DNA from: Candidatus Woesearchaeota archaeon
GTDB lineage: Archaea; Nanobdellota; Nanobdellia; Pacearchaeales; GW2011-AR1
Length of the DNA stretch: 35,813 nt
Direction: 5' to 3'
Assembly: GCA_964600865.1 (NCBI GenBank)
Contig: CAZRJP010000005.1
Span: forward strand, 1-35,813
The notes beneath the pieces were generated by a model that had not been told where the DNA came from, did not search any database, and saw only the letters and a list, made by a program, of their open reading frames with translations. Made by a program: the position numbers and the translations under genes. Of this stretch, positions 9,175-16,500 are shown one piece after another; the first letter of the stretch is position 1, and every line of letters begins with the position of its first letter.

Positions 9175-9744
9175 ATGGCTGAATTAATTTTTATAGGAGA
9201 TACTCACGGATTTATTGATGATTTTGATAAGCAGAAAGAAATTATTAATGAAACAAATCCAGAATTTGTTTTAGATGAAAGAATGGAGGATATTACTTTA
9301 GATTCAGAGGACAAATTTATCTCTTTTTTAAAGAAAAAACAGGTATCTAATATGACTTCTTTTAAGGAAGTAGAAGATTTAGTAAAATTTTGTAAAAAAA
9401 GAAGAATAAAGTTAATTGGAATTGATTTCAGAAATTTTGGATTTGATAAGAATTTGCAGAATAAGATAAAAAAACAGATTAAATTAAATGAGGAAGAGGA
9501 AACTCTTTTGCAAGAAATATTAAGAAAAAGAGAAAAGAGATATTTGGAAAAAATAAGAGAATATTCTAAAAAAACTGACAATGCAATAGTGATAATTTTA
9601 GGTTCCTGGCATCTTAGAGAGGAGTCATTAATTATGAAAAAATTAGAAAAATATAAGGTTATTTTTCCCTCAGATAAAAAAGGAAATCTCTTAATCAAAC
9701 CTAATTCTAGAGATAAAATAATTTATAGTGAAAAGACAAAATGA
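9175..9744 (+). CDS. TraB/Tiki/ChaN/EreA-superfamily hydrolase, possible peptidase
   Basis: Motif series IFIGDTH, FVLDE, LIGID, RE and IILGSWHL matches the GxxH...E...D...R...GxxH layout of this superfamily; no signal peptide; ATGA overlap with the ThiF gene. Confidence 0.65.
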   Translation: MAELIFIGDTHGFIDDFDKQKEIINETNPEFVLDERMEDITLDSEDKFISFLKKKQVSNMTSFKEVEDLVKFCKKRRIKLIGIDFRNFGFDKNLQNKIKKQIKLNEEEETLLQEILRKREKRYLEKIREYSKKTDNAIVIILGSWHLREESLIMKKLEKYKVIFPSDKKGNLLIKPNSRDKIIYSEKTK

Positions 9745-10781
9745 CAAAGAAGTTAAAACTTACAGAATCAACTTATATATTAAAAGAAAAAGAGGATATT
9801 TATGATGTTATTTTCACTTCTACTAGAAGAATAAAAAAATTTAAGGTAGATAATCTTGTAAAGGAAGTAATAGATAAGTTAAATTCAGAAGAAGACCATG
9901 ACATAAGATCATTAACGAAAGAATTATCAGGTGATTATAAACCTAAACAGGTTTTTTCATGTATAAATTCATTAGAAAGAGAGGGAGTAATTAAAGAATA
10001 TGGAGATACACAAATTGATGAGAAATATAATAATCAACTTTTATTTATTGATGAATTAACTAATTCGTGGGATGAGACTCTTGAACTTCAAGAGAAGATA
10101 AATCAATCTAAAATAGGTGTTTTTGGTGTTGGAGGTATTGGGACATGGATCGTAAATGGATTATCTCAAATTGGAATTGGAGAAATAAAAATATCAGATC
10201 CAGACACAATTGAAAGAAGTAATCTTAATAGACAATTATTCTTCGATTCTTCAGATGTTGGAGATTATAAGGTAGATGTAATAAAATCAAAAGTGAAGGA
10301 TTCAAAAATAAGGACCTTTAAAAAATTTGTTTCAAAAAAAGAGAATTTAGAGGAAATAGTTTTTGATTTAGATTTTATAGTCAACTGTGCCGATTCACCT
10401 TCAATTGCAGATACAACAAAAATAGTGGATGAATATGCCACAAAATATAATGTGCCTTATTCCGTTGCAGGAGGATATAATCTTCATTTGGGGATGGTAG
10501 GGCCAATAATTGTTCCAGGGAAAACAGCAACTTTTGAAGATTTTCTGGAGTATCAAAAGTCGCAAGATCCCTTTAATGATTTAATAAAAATAAAAGATAT
10601 ATCTAAAACAGGAAATCTTGGGCCTATTGCAGGTGCCGTATCTAATATACAGGTAATGGAAATTTTTAAGTATTTAATTGGGAAAGGAACATTAAATCTA
10701 AATAGATTTGCAGAAATAGATTTCATGAATTTTAATGTTTCTTGGAGAGAATTTGCAAATAAAGGGAAAAGTAAAAATTAA
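9741..10781 (+). CDS. ThiF/E1-like adenylyltransferase with N-terminal RRE-like domain (MccB/PaaA architecture)
   Basis: GVFGVGGIG, DPDTIERSNLNRQLFF, GDYKVD, NCADSP and VGPIIVPG; an extra ~90-aa N-terminus of three beta strands then three helices ending CINSLEREGVI. Confidence 0.85.
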   Translation: MTKKLKLTESTYILKEKEDIYDVIFTSTRRIKKFKVDNLVKEVIDKLNSEEDHDIRSLTKELSGDYKPKQVFSCINSLEREGVIKEYGDTQIDEKYNNQLLFIDELTNSWDETLELQEKINQSKIGVFGVGGIGTWIVNGLSQIGIGEIKISDPDTIERSNLNRQLFFDSSDVGDYKVDVIKSKVKDSKIRTFKKFVSKKENLEEIVFDLDFIVNCADSPSIADTTKIVDEYATKYNVPYSVAGGYNLHLGMVGPIIVPGKTATFEDFLEYQKSQDPFNDLIKIKDISKTGNLGPIAGAVSNIQVMEIFKYLIGKGTLNLNRFAEIDFMNFNVSWREFANKGKSKN

Positions 10782-10785
10782 AAAA

Positions 10786-10959
10786 ATGACAAGAAAATTA
10801 AATATTGAGGATATTATTCTATTCTTCATATTTTGGATTGTAACTTCCATAATATGGGCAATTTGGTTAAATGGAATTTTGGTTCCTATAACCGGGTTCG
10901 GATCTGCAGTTATTTTTATGATTATGTCAGATTTGTTAAATTTTATTGATAAGAAATAA
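10786..10959 (+). CDS. 57-aa two-TM membrane protein (possible immunity/export accessory)
   Basis: Start re-assigned to the ATG at 10786, 4 bp after the ThiF stop; IILFFIFWIVTSIIWAIWL and ILVPITGFGSAVIFMIM. Confidence 0.65.
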   Translation: MTRKLNIEDIILFFIFWIVTSIIWAIWLNGILVPITGFGSAVIFMIMSDLLNFIDKK

Positions 10960-10965
10960 TCTTTT

Positions 10966-11155
10966 TCTTGAAACATTACGTTTGAAATAATTAATTCTTT
11001 AGATATTTTAATATTTATTTGAAAGAGTAATTTATATAGTTAAAAAAGAAATAAAGTATATGAAAATGGCTGAATTAATTTTTATAGGAGATACTCATGG
11101 ATTTATTAATGATTTTGATAAGCAGAAAGAAATTATTAATGAAACAAATCCAGAA
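10966..11155 (+). repeat. Copy 2 of the direct repeat, lacking net 32 bp (operator) and 157 bp (peptide gene)
   Basis: Offsets to copy 1 step from 2080 to 2048 to 1891 across the three blocks; junctions fall at short microhomologies (gag, tgaaaa). Confidence 0.92.
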
Positions 11156-11170
11156 GATGCCCTAAGATAA
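11060..11170 (+). pseudogene. Truncated duplicate of the hydrolase gene (MKMAELIFIGDTHGFINDFDKQKEIINETNPEDALR)
   Basis: 30 codons nearly identical to 9175-9264, then unrelated sequence and TAA at 11168-11170; keeps the duplicated TATA box. Confidence 0.85.
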
Positions 11171-11236
11171 AGGAATTTTATTTATCAGCTTTTTGGCTGA
11201 AACCAGAAAGGTTTTAAGTTCAGATATCTTTTTCAT
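11162..11236 (-). CDS. 24-aa ORF MKKISELKTFLVSAKKLINKIPLS, a small peptide or truncated gene remnant
   Basis: Minus-strand GAGGTG Shine-Dalgarno 5 nt before the ATG (cgaggtggcaaaATG); TAG at 11162-11164. Confidence 0.35.
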   Translation of the reverse strand: MKKISELKTFLVSAKKLINKIPLS

Positions 11237-11303
11237 TTTGCCACCTCGTTTTTTAGTTAAAATAAGGTGGCTTTCTTATTTTATAATGGTTTCACCAAAG
11301 CCA
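11188..11303 (-). other. Structured intergenic element with nested and alternative inverted repeats
   Basis: gccacct(11240-11246)/aggtggc(11265-11271); tggcttt(11268-11274)/aaagcca(11297-11303); imperfect gctttttggctgaaacca(11188-11205)/tggtttcaccaaagc(11287-11301). Confidence 0.45.
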
Positions 11304-11344
11304 TTTTTAGAAAGATTTATATATTAATTATCTTTTGTCATTTT

Positions 11345-12076
11345 ATGGTGAAAACAATAAATGAAAAGGCAGTAATAATAGGATTTGATGGACTTCATAG
11401 ATCAGGGAAAGTTACTCAAATAAAGTTACTTCAAAATTATTTGAACAAAAGAAATAACCCAAACATAGTTATTAGGGGAGATGGTATGAGGCCAGGAGAT
11501 GGTTCTAAATTTTACGATGTTCCTTCAAAATGGTGGAGAAAAAATTTCGATTATTTCTTACAAAAACCTAAATCCCTGGAAGAGAACATATATAAGTTAA
11601 ATCTTAAATATCAAAGACTTAATAGAGAAGCAAAACTTGTTAGAGATTCTATTTTACCCAAAAAAGTATCAAAAAGTAAGTCAAAACTTGGCACAATAAT
11701 TATGGACAGAACATTTGTATCTAGATATTTTACTATGAAACAATACGTCCCAGATATTTCTTTAAAATCTGCATTGGATGTCAAAAATCCAAAAAATGAT
11801 AAGAAGGTAGAGATTATTATTCCTGATAAAACATTTATTTTAGAAGGAAGCAAAAAATTATTATTGCAAAGATTAGAAGATTCTGAAAAAAACAAGGCAA
11901 AATTAAAGTTTAAGAAAAAAATACTTCATGATCATTACGACTTATTTAATTCTGTAGTTAAGGAGATGAAAAAAAGAGAAGATATTATCTGTCTAGATGC
12001 TTCACTATCTCCAGAAGAGATTCATAAAAAAGTGTTAAGAGAATATTCTAAATTGGAAAAAAGAATAATTAATTAA
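11345..12076 (+). CDS. Thymidylate-kinase-like P-loop kinase, divergent
   Basis: Start re-assigned to ATG 11345 (TTTATATA at 11316-11323). IIGFDGLHRSGKVTQ P-loop, IIMDRTFVS DR motif, IIPDKTFILE, LLQRL and LDASLSPEEIHKKV. Confidence 0.75.
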   Translation: MVKTINEKAVIIGFDGLHRSGKVTQIKLLQNYLNKRNNPNIVIRGDGMRPGDGSKFYDVPSKWWRKNFDYFLQKPKSLEENIYKLNLKYQRLNREAKLVRDSILPKKVSKSKSKLGTIIMDRTFVSRYFTMKQYVPDISLKSALDVKNPKNDKKVEIIIPDKTFILEGSKKLLLQRLEDSEKNKAKLKFKKKILHDHYDLFNSVVKEMKKREDIICLDASLSPEEIHKKVLREYSKLEKRIIN

Positions 12077-12086
12077 TTTTCTTTAT

Positions 12087-13268
12087 TCATTTTATTTCTT
12101 TTAGGTTTATTTTTATTTGATTGACTATCCTTTCAGGACAATATGATTTATTAAACCTTATTATCCCCTCTTTTTCTAATTCTTTCAAATATCTACTTAC
12201 ATTAGGAACTTTTATGCTTAGTTCTTCTGCTATCCTTACAATTGAATTTTTCCCATCGCATAATTTTATTATTTCAAGGATATTTTGGCTTCTTAATGAA
12301 CCGGATAAGTCTTTTATTTCTTTTTGAGATTTAACTGTTTTTATTTTTGAAAGGGAATCTTTATGACCCAGCTTCTTTTTAATTTTTTTAAAGTATTTAA
12401 CAAAATCTCTTGCAATACTTGTTTTATTTTTCTTTAATTTAATATCTTTTATGACCTTATTAAATATAGAATTGTAAAGATAAGCTATTTTTTCCTTACT
12501 TAATTTATCTTGAACTAAAATATCATATATTTCATCATATTTCATATTAATAGAGGGGATTAAACCTTCCTTATTTTTTAATCTTATTTTTTTAGAATAT
12601 AGAAAAACAGGTTTTTCCCTTTTTATTATTTTTTCATCTCTCATACCTTTTTTTAAATGTTCAAATAACATTTTTCTTCTTTCACTTAAATAAAAAAAGT
12701 CTGCAGATCTTTTTGTTTCTTCAGGATAAATTAGGTGATAAAAATTTGCTAAAAATAAGTCACCAGTAAGTGTTGTAGCATGATTCAATGTCCATCTGCC
12801 TTTAATTCTATCTTTTATGATAAGTTTGGAAGCTAGTTGATTATATTTGATTAACATTCCTTTTTCAATGAATTTTTTCCAAGCATCAGAAAACTTAACT
12901 ATATGCATGCTTTTCTCTTTAACTCCTAATGAAATTAATAGTCTCCTATAATTCTCTATTTTTTTATTTATTAATTCTTCAGAAGAAATATCATTTGTAA
13001 TTTCTTGTTTAAAAATTGGATTAAAGTACATAAAAGGGTCTAGAATTACAATGAAGAGTTTTGCACCTAAATCTGAAAATTCTTTTAATTTTATTGAAAA
13101 ATTTATTAATTCATAATTTAGATTAATTGGAGTTACAGATAAGTAGATTGTAGGAGGGTCTTTTTCTTTTTTAGGACAATTTAATCTTTCTTTAAAATAA
13201 CATAAATCTTTTTCATTTAAGTCTTCTATTCCTTCTAATAATTTTTTTACTTGTTTGTTGGTTATCAT
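12087..13268 (-). CDS. Degenerate tyrosyl-tRNA-synthetase-like domain fused to a C-terminal ArsR-type winged HTH; probable regulator
   Basis: TIYLSVTP...KLKEFSDLGAKLFIVILDP, YRRLLISLGV...HIVKFSD, ADFFYLSERRK and KPVFLY follow archaeal TyrRS topology but HIGH and KMSKS are absent; the C-terminus has SIVRIAEELSIKVPNVSRYLKELEKEGII. Confidence 0.7.
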   Translation of the reverse strand: MITNKQVKKLLEGIEDLNEKDLCYFKERLNCPKKEKDPPTIYLSVTPINLNYELINFSIKLKEFSDLGAKLFIVILDPFMYFNPIFKQEITNDISSEELINKKIENYRRLLISLGVKEKSMHIVKFSDAWKKFIEKGMLIKYNQLASKLIIKDRIKGRWTLNHATTLTGDLFLANFYHLIYPEETKRSADFFYLSERRKMLFEHLKKGMRDEKIIKREKPVFLYSKKIRLKNKEGLIPSINMKYDEIYDILVQDKLSKEKIAYLYNSIFNKVIKDIKLKKNKTSIARDFVKYFKKIKKKLGHKDSLSKIKTVKSQKEIKDLSGSLRSQNILEIIKLCDGKNSIVRIAEELSIKVPNVSRYLKELEKEGIIRFNKSYCPERIVNQIKINLKEIK

Positions 13269-13327
13269 TTTTTTATAATCATATTTTGAAATTTATTTAT
13301 TGTTTATGTTTTTTTGATAACGAAATT

Positions 13328-13368
13328 GTTTATATATATCATTATCTTATAACTTATAGTATATAAAC
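13328..13368. promoter_or_regulatory. Inverted pair of TATA boxes in a divergent intergenic region
   Basis: gtttatata (13328-13336) and tatataaac (13360-13368) form a perfect 9-bp inverted repeat, giving TTTATATA on each strand. Confidence 0.5.
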
Positions 13369-13377
13369 GTTTTGAAA

Positions 13378-13974
13378 ATGTCAAAATCAATATTAAAAAA
13401 AGCAGCAGAAAAAACTCTTTGTGATGTTTTAGGATTTGATGAAGGGAGAATTTATTATTTGCTATTAACTAAAAATAATAAAAGAATAAAGGAACAATTT
13501 AGTTATAGTAAAAGATATAGATTATTAAAATCATTATTTGTATCTGGAGCCATAGGAAAAATAAAGAAACAAGAAAATAGTTCCTTTAAGTATAAGCTTC
13601 TTCCACCAAGTTTTCTCCATTATAGTGATAAAAATAAAGAAATTATTGAATATCTTGAGGGATTATATTTTAAGAATTATCAAAATTTCATTCAAACAGA
13701 TTTTTCACAGATTATTGTAAAAGATGATAAAGGATTGGTTTTATTCTTGTTAAAGTATGTTATGAAAAAGAGTGCAGAAATTTTCGGGAATAATTTCAAT
13801 CTTTCTTGTTTAGGAAAAAATAAAACTAAGGTGCAATTCAATAAAACAAAACAATCAAGAAGAAGAGGGATAATAGATAAAAGGTTTAAATTTGAATTTT
13901 CTGCAATTAAAGGAAAAAATTCTGATGATTACATAGGATATATATCAAACAATGAATTTAATGATTCTAATTAA
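13378..13974 (+). CDS. Divergent TrmB-like protein
   Basis: VLGFDEGRIYYLLL, YRLLKSLFVSGAI and FKYKLLPP echo the TrmB N-terminal pattern with a shortened HTH; GIID near the C-terminus; ATG 13378 preferred over TTG 13372. Confidence 0.55.
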   Translation: MSKSILKKAAEKTLCDVLGFDEGRIYYLLLTKNNKRIKEQFSYSKRYRLLKSLFVSGAIGKIKKQENSSFKYKLLPPSFLHYSDKNKEIIEYLEGLYFKNYQNFIQTDFSQIIVKDDKGLVLFLLKYVMKKSAEIFGNNFNLSCLGKNKTKVQFNKTKQSRRRGIIDKRFKFEFSAIKGKNSDDYIGYISNNEFNDSN

Positions 13975-14010
13975 TTTTATAAACTAAATTATCCTTTCTT
14001 TAAAAAGAGA

Positions 14011-15003
14011 ATGAAACATACATTTAAGATAACCACTATTTTATTAGCAATGTTTTTAGTTACACAGATAATTGGAGTAGTTGTTGTTTCTTCAGAGCCA
14101 TTAAAAGTTCAAACAGAAATAAATGGGACTGTTCAACAAGTAACAAATCCTTATCTAAGTTGGATGGATGTTCCTGAACCAGAAACACAACAAGATTTTA
14201 CATTTGCATTTGGCCAATTAATAATGGCTTTTTTTATTGCAATATCTTTACTAATATTTTTAATGAAGTTTAAAATTGAGATCTTCCTTAGGCTATGGTT
14301 TTTTGCAGTTGTAACAATTGCATTATTTTTATCTATTGTATCTTTTGAAAAAATTATCCCTGTAATGATAGAACTCAAAACCGCGATGTTTATTGCACTT
14401 GCAATATCTTTGTCTTTAGCATATTTAAAAATATTCAAAAGAGATATTTTTATTCATAATATGACTGAATTATTAATATACCCAGGAATTGCAGCTATTT
14501 TTGTTCCTATACTAAACTTTTATACTATTATTATATTATTGATATTAATTTCTATTTATGACATATGGGCTGTGTGGCACTCTGGTGTAATGCAAAAAAT
14601 GGCAAAATATCAAATAGATAAAGTAAAGGTATTCTCAGGATTTTTTGTTCCATATATGTCTGACAAAGTAAAAACTAAAATTCAAAAAATTAAGAAATCT
14701 AAGAAAAAGAATAAAAAAGTAAAAGTAAATGTAGCTGTTCTTGGTGGAGGAGACATAATATTTCCAATAATAACAGCAGGAATCATGTATGGATTTTTTA
14801 GTAAAACACCTATTTTAGCAGCATCTTTAGTAATATTAGGGGCAACAAGTGGATTAGCATATTTGTTTTTCTTTGCAAAAAAGAGAAAATTCTATCCTGC
14901 TATGCCTTTTATAACAACAGGAATTTTAATTGGAATATTTTTAACATGGATAATTTATACTAAGATATTAGGATTCACATTAAATATATGGCCTTTTATT
15001 TAG
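14011..15003 (+). CDS. Presenilin/signal-peptide-peptidase family (A22) intramembrane aspartyl protease
   Basis: About 9 TM helices, ISIYDIWAVW (YD), LGGGDIIFP (GxGD) and YPAMPF (PAL-like). Confidence 0.9.
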   Translation: MKHTFKITTILLAMFLVTQIIGVVVVSSEPLKVQTEINGTVQQVTNPYLSWMDVPEPETQQDFTFAFGQLIMAFFIAISLLIFLMKFKIEIFLRLWFFAVVTIALFLSIVSFEKIIPVMIELKTAMFIALAISLSLAYLKIFKRDIFIHNMTELLIYPGIAAIFVPILNFYTIIILLILISIYDIWAVWHSGVMQKMAKYQIDKVKVFSGFFVPYMSDKVKTKIQKIKKSKKKNKKVKVNVAVLGGGDIIFPIITAGIMYGFFSKTPILAASLVILGATSGLAYLFFFAKKRKFYPAMPFITTGILIGIFLTWIIYTKILGFTLNIWPFI

Positions 15004-15329
15004 GATTTAGAATCTGCATGAATACTTTTTAGATTATATTCACAACGATTTTCCAAACTTTCTTTTGTTGTAGGTTCAATATTAGATCCAGGAAGATATA
15101 TCAATGAGTCTCCTTTCTTTAGAGTATAAACTGGTTCGTTTTTAGTATATTTTACTCCACTAAAGGGGTTTAAAACACCATAATCATTGTCAATGATTTT
15201 AATCAATTTACCACTAAAACTTTTATTTGGAGAGTTTGAAGGAAAAATAACTATCCATTTATTCAAATAATCTTTCCATAACTTTTTTCTTTTAGGTAAT
15301 CCAAATTTATTTCCCATAATTATGAACAT
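15000..15329 (-). CDS. Hypothetical protein, possibly a small beta-barrel; start may be 15317
   Basis: 109-aa ORF filling the gap; LWKDYLNKWIVI...FSGKLIKI resembles the start of an Sm-like barrel (weak). Confidence 0.6.
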   Translation of the reverse strand: MFIIMGNKFGLPKRKKLWKDYLNKWIVIFPSNSPNKSFSGKLIKIIDNDYGVLNPFSGVKYTKNEPVYTLKKGDSLIYLPGSNIEPTTKESLENRCEYNLKSIHADSKS

Positions 15330-15425
15330 TTTTTAACATATTTAAATCTTTTTATTGTATTCACTAAGGAAAGGTAACAAATAGGAACCTTTATAAAAGA
15401 AAAAGACTTATTTTTTAAGAAGAAA

Positions 15426-16205
15426 ATGATAGTAAAAAAAGTATTAATAAGTAAAATAAAGGATTATTTTGACTTAAATGTATATGAAACAAAGGTATGG
15501 CTAGCTTTGCTCAGTAAGGGAATAGCGTCTGCTGGAGAGGTTTCTACACTTTCTGGGGTACCAAGGTCTAGGACATATGATGTTTTAGAATCATTAGAGA
15601 AAAAAGGGTTTGCTATAGAGAAATTAGGGAAACCAATAAAATATCTTGGAGTTAAACCACAAGTAATTCTTGAAAAATTAAAGAATAATGTTAAGAAAAG
15701 AGCAGAATCAAGGATAAAAAACCTAACAAAGATTAAAACAACTGATGAATTTGAAAAGATTAAAAGTCTTTATAATGAAGGGATTAGTCCAGTTAAGAGA
15801 GAAGAAGTCTCTGCATCATTAAAAGGAAAATCAAACATTTCTAATCATTTAAGAGAAATATTACAAAATGCAGAAAAACAAGTAATTATATGCACTAATG
15901 CTAAGGAATTAGCTGCTAAGTTTAAGTTATTCAAGAAAACAATTGGAAGATTAAAAAACAACAACATAAAGGTTGAAATGGCTCTTTCAGGAACAAAGAA
16001 GCTAATCAAACAACTTTCAGAGAAGTTAGATGTGGATATAATAAAAGTAGATATTGATGCTAAATTTTTCATAGTAGATAGAAAAGAAATATTATTTTAT
16101 TTGTCTAAAAATCCTCAACAAGAAAATATTGCCATATGGCTTAATTCAGAGTTCTTTTCTGAAGCATTTGCAGGTCTTTTTGAATTGGCAGTTAAAGGTG
16201 AATAA
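15426..16205 (+). CDS. TrmB-family transcriptional regulator
   Basis: FDLNVYETKVWLALL, SGVPRSRTYDVLESLEKKGF and GKPIKY; C-terminal effector domain KFFIVDRKEILF. Confidence 0.92.
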   Translation: MIVKKVLISKIKDYFDLNVYETKVWLALLSKGIASAGEVSTLSGVPRSRTYDVLESLEKKGFAIEKLGKPIKYLGVKPQVILEKLKNNVKKRAESRIKNLTKIKTTDEFEKIKSLYNEGISPVKREEVSASLKGKSNISNHLREILQNAEKQVIICTNAKELAAKFKLFKKTIGRLKNNNIKVEMALSGTKKLIKQLSEKLDVDIIKVDIDAKFFIVDRKEILFYLSKNPQQENIAIWLNSEFFSEAFAGLFELAVKGE

Positions 16206-16207
16206 AA

Positions 16208-16489
16208 ATGCCAAGAGAATTATATAAGCAAACAACATATGATACGAATGGAAAAAGAGTGGAATATGGATTAGAACCAGGAACATTACAGCCAGATTTA
16301 GGCTCTTTAGCAAATTATATGGTAACAGAGTTTCCAAGCCCTATTTTAAGAAATTTATATGGAGATGAACAGAATGCAATAGTATTACATGAAAGATTAG
16401 AAGGTGGAATTGATGCAATTGTTAGAGAAGGATTAAGCAAAAAAGAACTTCATGATCTTGCACTTAAAATTTCAATTAAAAGCAGATAA
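16208..16489 (+). CDS. Hypothetical protein
   Basis: 93 aa, 2 bp after trmB, preceded by the SD-like AGGTGA. Confidence 0.7.
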   Translation: MPRELYKQTTYDTNGKRVEYGLEPGTLQPDLGSLANYMVTEFPSPILRNLYGDEQNAIVLHERLEGGIDAIVREGLSKKELHDLALKISIKSR

Positions 16490-16500
16490 AAGATAATAAA

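Larger units (their letters stand above)
8886..9264 (+). repeat. Copy 1 of an interrupted direct repeat (aCPSF1 3' end, promoter, first 30 codons of the hydrolase gene)
   Basis: 8886-8940 matches 10966-11020 (55 bp, 2 mismatches); 8977-9018 matches 11025-11066 (42 bp identical); 9175-9264 matches 11066-11155 (90 bp, 2 mismatches). Confidence 0.93.

Noticed and set aside
9741-10781. ThiF as housekeeping UbaA/MoeB/TcdA or as the E1 of a ubiquitin-like defence system
   Set aside because: No Ubl/SAMP ending in GG, no E2, JAB or CD-NTase nearby, no zinc or thioester Cys, and the N-terminal extension plus upstream peptide fit MccB/PaaA architecture better.
8886-11020. Prophage or integrative element with attL/attR
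   Set aside because: No integrase or viral genes, and the repeat extends into the cassette's own promoter and second gene, which fits duplication and decay better than a simple att core.
11267-11344. Long starts in the ORF track (11267, and likewise 10735, 26706, 27155)
   Set aside because: These extensions run over promoters or neighbouring genes; downstream ATGs (11345, 10786, 26679, 27086) fit family N-termini, TATA spacing or stop-start coupling.
12087-13268. Functional tyrS
   Set aside because: HIGH and KMSKS are absent and a wHTH is fused at the C-terminus.
14011-15003. Prepilin peptidase (A24) or the RiPP peptidase
   Set aside because: YD, GxGD and PAL-like motifs indicate presenilin family A22, a common archaeal gene with no operon link to either locus.
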